Below are positions 20,758 through 30,362 of a stretch of DNA of 62,429 bases, in pieces. Where the stretch lies: NCBI GenBank assembly GCA_019894975.1, contig JAGXNO010000020.1:1-62429 (forward strand), written 5' to 3'. This DNA comes from Promethearchaeota archaeon (GTDB taxonomy: Archaea > Asgardarchaeota > Lokiarchaeia > Sigyniarchaeales > SOKP01). Position numbers and translations under genes: made by a program. The first letter of the stretch is position 1; each line of letters begins with the position of its first letter. Below the pieces are notes generated by a model. It was given only the letters and a program-made list of their open reading frames with translations, did no database searches and had not been told where the DNA came from.

Positions 20758-21657
20758 ATGTCTAAGAGAGATAAAATAAATAATGTTATCACAGCAATGA
20801 TTACTCCATTTAATGAAGATTTTACTATTGACGAAGAAAAATATAGGGAATTCATAAGATTTCAGATAGAAAATGGTTGTCATATTTTAACTATGGGTAC
20901 AACTGGGGAAAGTGCCACTTTATCTCATGAAGAACATCATCAAGCTATGGATATTGCTGTTGATGAAGCGAAAAAAAGCAATAAAGATCCATTTGTTTTA
21001 GCTGGAGCTGGTAGTAACTCTACTCGAGAAGCGATTTCTTTAGCACAATACGCTGAGAAGACTGGGGCAGATGGCGTATTACTAGTGGTGCCTTATTATA
21101 ATAAACCTGTTCAGCATTCATTAATAGACCACTTTTCGGCAATTGCGGATTCTATCTCACTGCCAATAATCTTATATAATGTCCCAAGTAGAACCGGGAG
21201 AAATTTAGAGCCAGAAACGGTCTCAAAATTAGCATATGCAAAAGATAATATTATTGGAATAAAATGTGCTAGTGGTAATATTGACCAAATAACTAAAATC
21301 ATCAAAACAACACCTGAAGATTTTATTGTTTTAAGTGGAGATGACAGTATGACATATCACATCATGGCTTTGGGTGGAAAAGGAGTTGTTAGTGTTGCCT
21401 CAAATATAATTCCTTCAAAACTGGTTGAATTTACCAGAAGCATGTTGAATGATGAATGGGAAAAGGCAAGGGAAATGCAACTCGAGCTGTATGATTTGTT
21501 CAAGGTATTATTCATTGAAACAAACCCCGGACCAGTCAAATACGCAGCAGATGAAATGGGTTTAATGCTCAAGAGGATGAGATTACCCTTAACTCCCCCA
21601 TTAAAAGAAAATCAGAAAAAGATCAGAAATGTTCTTAAAAATATGGATTTAGTATAA
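20758..21657 (+). CDS. dapA: 4-hydroxy-tetrahydrodipicolinate synthase
   Basis: GTTGES, PYYNKP, LYNVPSRTG, Schiff-base Lys in GIKCASG. Confidence 0.96.
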   Translation: MSKRDKINNVITAMITPFNEDFTIDEEKYREFIRFQIENGCHILTMGTTGESATLSHEEHHQAMDIAVDEAKKSNKDPFVLAGAGSNSTREAISLAQYAEKTGADGVLLVVPYYNKPVQHSLIDHFSAIADSISLPIILYNVPSRTGRNLEPETVSKLAYAKDNIIGIKCASGNIDQITKIIKTTPEDFIVLSGDDSMTYHIMALGGKGVVSVASNIIPSKLVEFTRSMLNDEWEKAREMQLELYDLFKVLFIETNPGPVKYAADEMGLMLKRMRLPLTPPLKENQKKIRNVLKNMDLV

Positions 21658-21680
21658 CAAAACTTTTGAAGGCTTGAATA

Positions 21681-22502
21681 ATGATTAGATTATTAATTTT
21701 TGGGCCAACAGGCTCAATGGGTAAATTAATTAGTAAATTAGCATTAGAAGATGAGGAAATCAATATTGTTGCTGCCTGCGATGTAATTAAAATAGGTGAA
21801 GAATTAGCTTATATTACAGGTATAAACGATCCGAACAACATAAAAATAAGTGATGTGAAAAACCTTCAGGAGATTATATCTCAAACGAAGCCTGATGTAG
21901 CAATAGACTTTACAGTTGCTTCTGCAGCTGAAAAGAATTGTGTAATCTGTGCTGAAAATGGGATTAGATGTGTAATTGGAACTACAGCATTATCTCAAGA
22001 CTTTTTCGATAAATTGGGAAGTTTAATTGAAAAAAACCATTCTCCAGCAGTATTTTCGCCTAATATGGCGACTGGAGTAAATGTATTATTTAAGGTGGCC
22101 TCTTTATTAACAAGCTATTTAGCAGAGTGGGATATTGAAGTAATTGAAACACATCATCATAGAAAAGTTGATGCTCCGAGTGGAACAGCATTAAAAATAG
22201 GCCAAAATATAAGCGAAGCGCTAGGTTCAGATTTTGAAAAAATTGCTAAATTTGGAAGGCAACGAGGACCTAACAAACGTAATGTAGGCGCTAAGGAAGA
22301 GATTGGAATTCATTCTATCCGTGGTGGCGATATTGTAGGAGACCATATTATTTTATATGCTGGGCCAGGGGAAAGGATTGAATTAAAACATCAAGCTCAT
22401 AGTCGGGAATGTTTTGCAAGTGGTTCAATTAAAGCAATTAAATTTGTAGCCGATGCCAAAGAAGATAAGATTTATTCGATGAGTGAAGTTCTTTGTCTGT
22501 AA
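21681..22502 (+). CDS. dapB: 4-hydroxy-tetrahydrodipicolinate reductase
   Basis: GPTGSMG, IDFT, ETHHHRKVDAPSGTA, RGGDIVGDH. Confidence 0.96.
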   Translation: MIRLLIFGPTGSMGKLISKLALEDEEINIVAACDVIKIGEELAYITGINDPNNIKISDVKNLQEIISQTKPDVAIDFTVASAAEKNCVICAENGIRCVIGTTALSQDFFDKLGSLIEKNHSPAVFSPNMATGVNVLFKVASLLTSYLAEWDIEVIETHHHRKVDAPSGTALKIGQNISEALGSDFEKIAKFGRQRGPNKRNVGAKEEIGIHSIRGGDIVGDHIILYAGPGERIELKHQAHSRECFASGSIKAIKFVADAKEDKIYSMSEVLCL

Positions 22503-22532
22503 AATATCAGAAAGGAGTTTTATTTAATCCTA

Positions 22533-23525
22533 TTAAATCAACTCTAACCGTTGCAATAGGCCCGTAATCAATATTGGTAGTGCAATGGTTGCATCACACC
22601 ATACACTTACAGATTTTGAATCTAATGTGTATTTTCCCCACGATTTAGATTCTGTAACTGTACAACCTGAAAGACCTCCATCATATTCTATTGCTGTATG
22701 AATCCTAACAGAATAATCATAGCCTATAGTTTCTAATTGTTCTAATTGATCAAGTAGGGGAAAAATCTGTTGAGCCCAATTCCGGGGTACACCTCCGCCG
22801 ATAATCACTGTACCTGTTTTTTTAGCTTTTCTAATACAATCTCCAAAAGTTTCAATTTCCTTTAAGATATCGAATTGAAAATCAAAACCTTCTTGTTTAT
22901 TAAATACGTAAAGGTCTAATGCAAATTCTGAATCAGAAAATGCAGGAACAAATATTGGAATCTTTTTTTTTGCCGCGATGGAAAGTATACATCGATAGTC
23001 CAACTTCTCTCCTAATTTTGCAAATAATTTGGAGGGGGTAATAAATACCTTTTTCTCTGGAAAAAGTTCCTTGATTTTTAGTAATAATTCTTTCTCAGTT
23101 GTAAGATAGTTCTCTTCAGGCAAGAATACATCATAAATCCTATTGATTCGAAACCTAAATAATTCACCGTCATCTACATCAGAACTTCCAAGATAATGTC
23201 CTATATCATTAACACCATCTACTAAATCATGGATAATGTTTGCCCCAGTAGTAACTAAAACATCAATTAAATTATATTCCATTAACACACAAATTAGCTC
23301 TCCCATCCCTGCAGGAACCATGGCTCCACTTAGAGTTAATACTGTTAAACAGTCATCATCTAATACCATTTTCTCGAGGATATCTAATGCCTTACCTAAA
23401 TTTCTCCCTTGAAATCCACAATATTTTAAAGCAGATAATAGATCGTCAACATTTTTCACCTCTCTGGGATCAAAGGGTTTAATCTTTTTTGATAAATATT
23501 TATTTTTTTGGTAGTTATCTGTCAT
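22533..23525 (-). CDS. dys: Deoxyhypusine synthase family protein
   Basis: GFQGRNL, SGAMVPAG, TTGAN, GGGVPRN, GGLSG...ESKSWGK (catalytic Lys), DATIALP. Confidence 0.9.
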   Translation of the reverse strand: MTDNYQKNKYLSKKIKPFDPREVKNVDDLLSALKYCGFQGRNLGKALDILEKMVLDDDCLTVLTLSGAMVPAGMGELICVLMEYNLIDVLVTTGANIIHDLVDGVNDIGHYLGSSDVDDGELFRFRINRIYDVFLPEENYLTTEKELLLKIKELFPEKKVFITPSKLFAKLGEKLDYRCILSIAAKKKIPIFVPAFSDSEFALDLYVFNKQEGFDFQFDILKEIETFGDCIRKAKKTGTVIIGGGVPRNWAQQIFPLLDQLEQLETIGYDYSVRIHTAIEYDGGLSGCTVTESKSWGKYTLDSKSVSVWCDATIALPILITGLLQRLELI

Positions 23526-23870
23526 AATTTAAAGTCATTGTTTTTAATATTGAAAAAGGAAGTCTATTTAAATTTTTTCATAAACTCATTTTTACTGAAA
23601 AAATCTATGAGCTCTTAATAACAGATTATTTATTCGTTCAGATTAGCTGATATAATTATTAAAAAGCCATGATTCTTATTATGCGCCAATTACTATGTTA
23701 ATAACATATGAATAAAGACTTAAGGTGTTTTTATAAAGAATTCGGGTTCTTATGATAAATTTAATGTTTTGTAAATTTAAAATTATTTATGGATTTCATT
23801 AAATTTAAAAAGTTGTGATTCTTTCTAATATCTTAGATAATTATAGCAATAAAAAGGGAGTCTGTATAAA

Positions 23871-24419
23871 ATGTCATTTGTTCCTAAAGCAGTATTTTTT
23901 GTAACTGGCAAAGGATTTCACAAATCTAAACTAGGTTCATTCGAACAAGCCTTACGTGATGCAAATATCCCAATATATAATATTGTTAAAGTAAGTTCAA
24001 TCTTACCCCCCTATTGTTTAGAGATTCCGAAGGAAGATGGCTTTGAGCAATTAAGACCAGGTCAGATTATATATACGGTTTTAAGTCGAGTCAGTAGTAA
24101 TGAATACAACCGTCTAATTTCTGCCTCTGTTGGTGTAGCAAAACCTGCAGATACAAGAACCTATGGTTATTTAAGTGAATATCATGAATTTGGTCTTAAA
24201 CCTGAAAAAGCTGGAGACATCGCTGAAGACTTAGCAGCAGAAATGCTTGCAACGACACTTGGTGTTTCTTTTGATCCCGAAGCCAACTATGATGAAAAAA
24301 GAGAAATTTTTAAAATGGATGGAAAAATCGTTGAAACAAAAAATTTTACAGAATCAGCTACGGTTAGAGAAGAAGGGGAGTGGTTGACGGTTTTAGCAGC
24401 AGCAGTTTTTATAATATAA
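23871..24419 (+). CDS. pdaD: Pyruvoyl-dependent arginine decarboxylase
   Basis: SFEQALRDA, NIVKVSSILPP (Ser-Ser self-cleavage site), GYLSEYH. Confidence 0.93.
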   Translation: MSFVPKAVFFVTGKGFHKSKLGSFEQALRDANIPIYNIVKVSSILPPYCLEIPKEDGFEQLRPGQIIYTVLSRVSSNEYNRLISASVGVAKPADTRTYGYLSEYHEFGLKPEKAGDIAEDLAAEMLATTLGVSFDPEANYDEKREIFKMDGKIVETKNFTESATVREEGEWLTVLAAAVFII

Positions 24420-24529
24420 CACAACTTATTTAGAATCTTTAATTGTAGTCTATTTTTTGATTTTCTTGATGTTCAGCGAGAGAAATTTCTAATTTCGTTA
24501 GAGAAATGAAAGTCTTTTCCAGAAAGTTT

Positions 24530-25015
24530 TCACCAACAATGGAGTGTAGAAAATTTTGTATATTTTTTTAACCATAGACAAGATTTATATGTCGAATAAT
24601 CCTCGGTTATTTCCTCCCCAAGATGAATATCCCGGTCAGCAATTGCACAAAATCCGGGCTCATCTTTAGAAGTTCCAGAGTTAGCATTCGATGAATGATT
24701 AATATATCTTGAATCATCCAAGCAAAATACTAAAGTATCAGTATCCTTCTCATAATAGGAATATGTGAGTATACAATGTATATAATTATTCATTAAGGGT
24801 GATTTATTTGAGGCATCAAGTATTAAAAACTGATCTTTTGTCATAATTAACACATCTTGTGGTCGAGCATGCCAAAAAATCGTCTTTTTTGGAATTAATT
24901 TTTTGGCAAATAATCCTAAACCGTGTATCTGACTTGATTTCACTTCTGCGTATTCTTTTATTGGATTAATGGGAGTATTGTTATAGGTTATTTTATTATA
25001 GCTCTTGAATTGCAT
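24530..25015 (-). CDS. SET-domain protein (putative protein-lysine methyltransferase)
   Basis: SQIHGLGLFA, RYINHSSNAN, RDIHLGEEITEDY signature motifs. Confidence 0.9.
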   Translation of the reverse strand: MQFKSYNKITYNNTPINPIKEYAEVKSSQIHGLGLFAKKLIPKKTIFWHARPQDVLIMTKDQFLILDASNKSPLMNNYIHCILTYSYYEKDTDTLVFCLDDSRYINHSSNANSGTSKDEPGFCAIADRDIHLGEEITEDYSTYKSCLWLKKYTKFSTLHCW

Positions 25016-25507
25016 TATATTTCATCTATTTATTTTATATTTTAAATAAATAACAGAAGATTAAATACATTAACTAAATTTGAAATCATCTTCTATTATC
25101 AAATAAAATCTAAATAGATAATTATAAAACAATTACAAAAACAGCCAAATTCTTTATATATGAAAGATATTTTGAATCTCGAATTATCTTACGTATCGCC
25201 CAATAAATCGTTCGTCTTTAAAATATTAACATCGGTTCATATTTGCTAAAGAGGATAGAAATTATTCAGCCGATGAAACATAAGGGTTTTAGAGTGAGAT
25301 AAAATTATAAAGGGTATCAGTGCAGATCAGTATTATCATCAATCATCTTAGTATTAATAGTAAGCAAGATTTCATAATGCCAACACTTCATCGAGACTAC
25401 TAGAGGGTATCCAGCCCAAATAATCCCAGTTCTTATAATCTTATCTCAATATAATAATGGTAAATTTAAATTTTAATATTTTTCAATTTCAATAATTTTT
25501 TTAATAT

Positions 25508-26821
25508 TTATTTTAGATGTTTAGGAATTTCTTGATTGGCAGTTAAATCTTCAAAAGTCTCTGCCTTACGGATTTTAAATATTTGACCTTGAGCTATTAA
25601 AATTTCGGCAGATCTAGGTCTAGAATTATATGAACTACTCATAGTAAAACCATATGCTCCAGTATCAAGTATAGCAAGAAAATCTCCCTCCTCTAATTTA
25701 GATAATTCCCGTTCTTTACCAATTATATCACCTGATTCACAGATAGGGCCAACAACATCATAAGTTAGTGTCTCATCTTTATCTTTTTTATTACAGGTGA
25801 TTATATGATGATAAGCTCCATACATCGTAGGTCGTATTAAAGTATTAAACCCCGCATCTATTCCCGCAAACAATTTAAAGCCATTATCTTTAATTGTATT
25901 TACTTGGGTTAAAATTATGCTCGCTTCAGCAGATAAATAACGTCCGGGCTCAATAATAAATTTAGTTCCTTCAAAATTCCCTTTCTTAACTAATTCTTTA
26001 AATTTTTTAAGAACTATTGTCTTATAAAATTCTAAATCTAACGGATCTTCTTCTGGTCTATAGGGTATTCCTAATCCTCCACCAAAATCGAGGAACTCAA
26101 ATGCAATATCAAGTGTGTCAGCTAATTTCATGATAATTATTAAATATTTATCTATTGCTTTTTCAAAATCACCGGCATTGATGATTCCAGAACCAATATG
26201 GATATGAGCACCAAACTTTTTAAAACCAACTCCCTTCGCTTTTGAATAAGCTTCGAGGACTTGATTATCTAGAATCCCAAATTTAATTGTCTTTCCTGCC
26301 GTGATTGTATGAGAATGATGACCTGCTCCAAATTCTGGATTAATTCTAAAAGAAATTGTGTTTTTTTCTTTTCCTAAATCATCATATATTTTTGCTAATC
26401 TTTTCAACTGACTAATACTATCTAAATTCACAAGGATATCATTCTTCACAGCAAATTCAAAATCATTATTTGTAAACATATTACCAGTGTAGATGATTTT
26501 ACTTGGGGGAATTCCAACCTTTAAACAAGCATAAATCTCTCCTGTGGACGTACAATCAAAATTTGCTCCTTCTGACTCTAGAATCTTTAAAATAGACAAG
26601 TTAGAATTAGCTTTCATGGCGAAATGTATTGAATTATTCCCATATTCAGAATCTAATATATTCTTCAATTCTTTATAACGTTTTCTTACAATTTCTTCAC
26701 TTATTATATAAATTGGAGTCCCAAAGTTTTCAGCAATTTCTATTGTATTCATGTTCGCAAAATATAAGACCCCATCTCTATATTCTAAACCCTTCTTCTT
26801 TAACCAATCCATATACTTCAA
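25508..26821 (-). CDS. lysA: Diaminopimelate decarboxylase
   Basis: FAMKAN (PLP Lys), HIHIGS, DFGGGLG, EPGRY, GPICESGD, GAYG...YN. Confidence 0.96.
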   Translation of the reverse strand: MKYMDWLKKKGLEYRDGVLYFANMNTIEIAENFGTPIYIISEEIVRKRYKELKNILDSEYGNNSIHFAMKANSNLSILKILESEGANFDCTSTGEIYACLKVGIPPSKIIYTGNMFTNNDFEFAVKNDILVNLDSISQLKRLAKIYDDLGKEKNTISFRINPEFGAGHHSHTITAGKTIKFGILDNQVLEAYSKAKGVGFKKFGAHIHIGSGIINAGDFEKAIDKYLIIIMKLADTLDIAFEFLDFGGGLGIPYRPEEDPLDLEFYKTIVLKKFKELVKKGNFEGTKFIIEPGRYLSAEASIILTQVNTIKDNGFKLFAGIDAGFNTLIRPTMYGAYHHIITCNKKDKDETLTYDVVGPICESGDIIGKERELSKLEEGDFLAILDTGAYGFTMSSSYNSRPRSAEILIAQGQIFKIRKAETFEDLTANQEIPKHLK

Positions 26822-26843
26822 GATAATTACCTAGTTAACTTAA

Positions 26844-27725
26844 TTAAACATCTATTTCTTCTAAAATCCCCGAAAAAACTTTTTCTACCGGACCTTCCAT
26901 TAGAACAGTTTTACTCGTATAAGTGATTATTAAATCACCCCCGTCATTATGTATCATTATCGGAAATTTTTTTTTAAATTTACCTAATATTGAGCCTGCA
27001 ACTACAGAAGCACACGCACCTGTACCACATGATTTAGTAATCCCCACTCCTCTTTCAAACACTCTTACTATACTTTCCTCATTTGATATAACTTTAACAA
27101 ATTCCACATTCGTTTTATTTGGAAACATCTTATGAGATTCCATCGTAGCACCATACATATTTAATTCATCATCATTTAGTTGAGTATCTATAAATATTAC
27201 CGCATGAGGATTCCCCATTGATACAGCTGTAAAATTAAAAACTTTATCTAAAATTGCAATTGGTTCATTCACACATTTGTTTGAAAGGTGTTCTGTAATG
27301 ACTGGGATATCTTCACACTTTAAAATAGGAGGTCCCATGTCAATCTGAACGCTTACAACCTTCTCATCAATAATTTTATTTCGAGCAACCAATATCCCCT
27401 TAAGTGTTTCGATTTTTATTTCTTCTTTGCGGACAATATCGTGTTCATAAACATATTTAGAAAAACATCTTATCCCATTTCCACACATCTCTGCTTCAGT
27501 TCCATCGTTGTTAAATATTCGCATTTTTATATCTGCTCTATCTGAATTTCCGATGAAAATTAAACCATCTGCTCCGATCGAGAAATGGATTTCGCACAGT
27601 TTAATTGCTAATTTTGATTTTTGCTCCTCAGGGATATTCCATTTTATATCATTAATTAAAACATAATCGTTTCCTAATCCATGATATTTCTCAAAATCTA
27701 AACCTTTTAGTGGTATAGTGCCCAT
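26844..27725 (-). CDS. dapF: Diaminopimelate epimerase
   Basis: KYHGLGNDY, EMCGNGIRC, MGNPH, ERGVGITKSCGTGA. Confidence 0.96.
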   Translation of the reverse strand: MGTIPLKGLDFEKYHGLGNDYVLINDIKWNIPEEQKSKLAIKLCEIHFSIGADGLIFIGNSDRADIKMRIFNNDGTEAEMCGNGIRCFSKYVYEHDIVRKEEIKIETLKGILVARNKIIDEKVVSVQIDMGPPILKCEDIPVITEHLSNKCVNEPIAILDKVFNFTAVSMGNPHAVIFIDTQLNDDELNMYGATMESHKMFPNKTNVEFVKVISNEESIVRVFERGVGITKSCGTGACASVVAGSILGKFKKKFPIMIHNDGGDLIITYTSKTVLMEGPVEKVFSGILEEIDV

Positions 27726-27871
27726 AAATGAATCATCTAATTCTTGTACACAATTAGTTTAAAATGTAATTATCTATAAAAAAAATTCTGAAATTAAAAC
27801 AAAAGACAAAATCAAAAATTTTAAAATCAGTTATAAAATATCTATTTTAATAAATTCGAAGTTATCTAATA

Positions 27872-28396
27872 ATGAATCATAAAAAGATCATTTTATTTTG
27901 TTCCTTGTTTTTTCTATTAGTTCCAATTGTGAATGTAGATGCGTTCATCCATTTCGATTATATTAAAGATGGTAACTATCAATTCTTCTTATTTGATTTA
28001 CAAACCGGGAACAATACTCAAATTAGCGTAAATCATGATGAAAGTGGAAATTTTACGCTTTTCCTCTTTAATAAACGTCCTGTAAAATCATATGTGAACG
28101 CTGATAAAACCTTAAGTGAAAATATTTTCCTTAACCCCTCACTTGTAGATTTTAGTTTAGCCGATAATCCTTATATAAATTACACCTCTCCAGAAACTAA
28201 AATTTACTATATTGAAATTATTTTAGTTGGTGGTGGACCAGACGCCTATAACCTGACTATACTCCCCAGTGGGTATACCGTAACGAGGTATTATCTGCCA
28301 ATTATTCCTGGATTTAGATTGGAGTTCATATTAATTTCATTAATTTCTGCCATAGGTATATCCATCCTTCTGTTTAGAAAAAGACTTACCAGATAA
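27872..28396 (+). CDS. Small secreted/surface protein with a Loki-CTERM-like C-terminal anchor
   Basis: N-terminal signal peptide; C-terminal IPGF motif, then a TM helix and basic tail (RKRLTR). Confidence 0.75.
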   Translation: MNHKKIILFCSLFFLLVPIVNVDAFIHFDYIKDGNYQFFLFDLQTGNNTQISVNHDESGNFTLFLFNKRPVKSYVNADKTLSENIFLNPSLVDFSLADNPYINYTSPETKIYYIEIILVGGGPDAYNLTILPSGYTVTRYYLPIIPGFRLEFILISLISAIGISILLFRKRLTR

Positions 28397-28501
28397 AATA
28401 AAAATTTTTATTTATTTTAAAATATCTTCTTTTAACTAACTTATTAGATTTCTTTTCGGTATTTAGAAGTATTGGAATTTAGTAAGAATAGGGTGAATTA
28501 A

Positions 28502-30157
28502 ATGTATGAAAAAAAGCCTTGGTTAAAGTTTTATGATACGCATGTTCCTGAACATATAGATTATCCTAAAACTACTATGTATAATGCTTTAGTAAATTCA
28601 GCAAACCTACATCCTGATTCTATTGCATATGATTTTATGGGAAATGAATCGACTTATCAACAATTAATTAAACAAATTGACCAATGTGCACAAGCTTTAG
28701 CCAGTTTAGGGCTTCAAAAGGGAGATCGAATGACAATAGCTATGCCAACCACACCTCAAGGAGTAATATGTTTTTATGCGATAAATAAAATTGGAGCAAT
28801 TGCAAGCATGATCCATCCTCTAAGTCCTCCAAAACAGATTGAATTCTTCTTGAATCTAAGTAAAAGTTCTTTTGTTCTCACTATTGATAGTGTGTATAAC
28901 AATTTTGAGCATCTTATAGATAAAACAGGATTGAAGGCACTAGTTTTAGTTCATATGAACCCTGATATGAAAATAATCCCTTCCAATCCAAAAGTACACT
29001 GGTGGAAGGATATAATAAATAAAACCTACCCTCAGATACCAACATCCCAGATGAATCCAGATGAAATGGCTGTAATACTATATTCTGGGGGAACAACTGG
29101 AGTTCCAAAGGGTATTATGCTTTCAAACTATAACTTCATAGCCGAAGGAACTCAAGTAGCCACTTGGATGAATCTTTCTGATGGTGATTCAGCATTAGCA
29201 ATACTCCCAATTTTTCATGGTTTTGGATTAGGGGTATGCGTAAATGCTATATTCATGGGTGGTGGAAAAACAATTTTGGTACCATCTTTTACACCTGATC
29301 AGGTTGCAGATCTAATCGATACTAAAAAACCAACACTGATCTTTGGAGTACCCACACTATATGAAGCACTTAGTAGAAATCTAAAATTTCAGAAGACAAA
29401 TCTAAACTTCTTAAAAGCAGCATTCTGTGGAGCGGATACCTTGCCACGTACTACTAAAGAAAAATTCGAAAAAATTTGTAGGGAGAATGGATCCAAGGTC
29501 CAACTAAGAGAAGGTTATGGGTTAACGGAGGCAGTTACTGGAATCTGTGCAATGCCATTAGGAGAGTATCGAGAAGGAAGTATTGGGATACCCTTTCCAG
29601 ACATGATGATGAAAGTTGTTGAAATAAATACTGAAATTGAAACTCCAATTGGCCAAGAAGGAGAATTATGCATTCATGGACCTGCAGTTATGTTAGGCTA
29701 TTTAGATAAGCCAGAAGAAACTACTAAAACTTTAAGAACACATAAAGATGGCAAAATCTGGCTGCACACAGGAGATATTGCCACCATGGATAAAGACGGG
29801 TTCTTTTATTTTAAAATTAGACTTAAAAGAATGATTAAATCCTCTGGCTTCAATGTATATCCAGCTCAAGTTGAAGATGTTCTCTATAAACATCCTGATG
29901 TTCTAGAAGCATGTGTTATTGGTGTTCCAGATGAAAAACAAGTTCAAATGGTAAAAGCATATGTTGTTTTAAAGGATTTAAATAAACAAGGCACTGAAAT
30001 GAAGGAAAATCTTATCAAATTTTGCCAACAAAATTTGTTAAAATGGAGCTGTCCAAGGGAAATCGAATTTAGCACACATTTGCCTAAAACACTAGTTGGG
30101 AAAATTGACTATAAAAAATTAGAAGAACAAGAAGCAGCGAAAATAAAAAAACCTTAA
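28502..30157 (+). CDS. Long-chain acyl-CoA synthetase (AMP-forming, FadD-like)
   Basis: YSGGTTGVPKG, EGYGLTE, WLHTGD, PKTLVGKID. Confidence 0.93.
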   Translation: MYEKKPWLKFYDTHVPEHIDYPKTTMYNALVNSANLHPDSIAYDFMGNESTYQQLIKQIDQCAQALASLGLQKGDRMTIAMPTTPQGVICFYAINKIGAIASMIHPLSPPKQIEFFLNLSKSSFVLTIDSVYNNFEHLIDKTGLKALVLVHMNPDMKIIPSNPKVHWWKDIINKTYPQIPTSQMNPDEMAVILYSGGTTGVPKGIMLSNYNFIAEGTQVATWMNLSDGDSALAILPIFHGFGLGVCVNAIFMGGGKTILVPSFTPDQVADLIDTKKPTLIFGVPTLYEALSRNLKFQKTNLNFLKAAFCGADTLPRTTKEKFEKICRENGSKVQLREGYGLTEAVTGICAMPLGEYREGSIGIPFPDMMMKVVEINTEIETPIGQEGELCIHGPAVMLGYLDKPEETTKTLRTHKDGKIWLHTGDIATMDKDGFFYFKIRLKRMIKSSGFNVYPAQVEDVLYKHPDVLEACVIGVPDEKQVQMVKAYVVLKDLNKQGTEMKENLIKFCQQNLLKWSCPREIEFSTHLPKTLVGKIDYKKLEEQEAAKIKKP

Positions 30158-30319
30158 CCTAACCTCTCTTAATTTTTAGTAAAAATTCCTCTTATAAAAT
30201 TTTTTACCCCCTCATATGGATTTGAAGATTGTCATAAACCTACATGAAATGACTAATTCCGTCGCATACTCCTTTTAAATAAACTTAAATTTAATTCTAC
30301 AATTGACTAAATATTGATT

Positions 30320-30350
30320 AAAAAAAAAAAAAAAAAATAAAAAAAAAAAA
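30320..30350 (+). repeat. A18-T-A12 homopolymer tract just upstream of cdhD
   Basis: Read directly from the sequence; ends 12 nt before the ATG at 30363. Confidence 0.85.
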
Positions 30351-30362
30351 CAATGATGTAAG

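Noticed and set aside
25016-25507. Long spacer between the SET gene and lysA as an ncRNA or decayed gene
   Set aside because: No GC-rich stems or sustained ORF were seen; nothing can be supported by eye.
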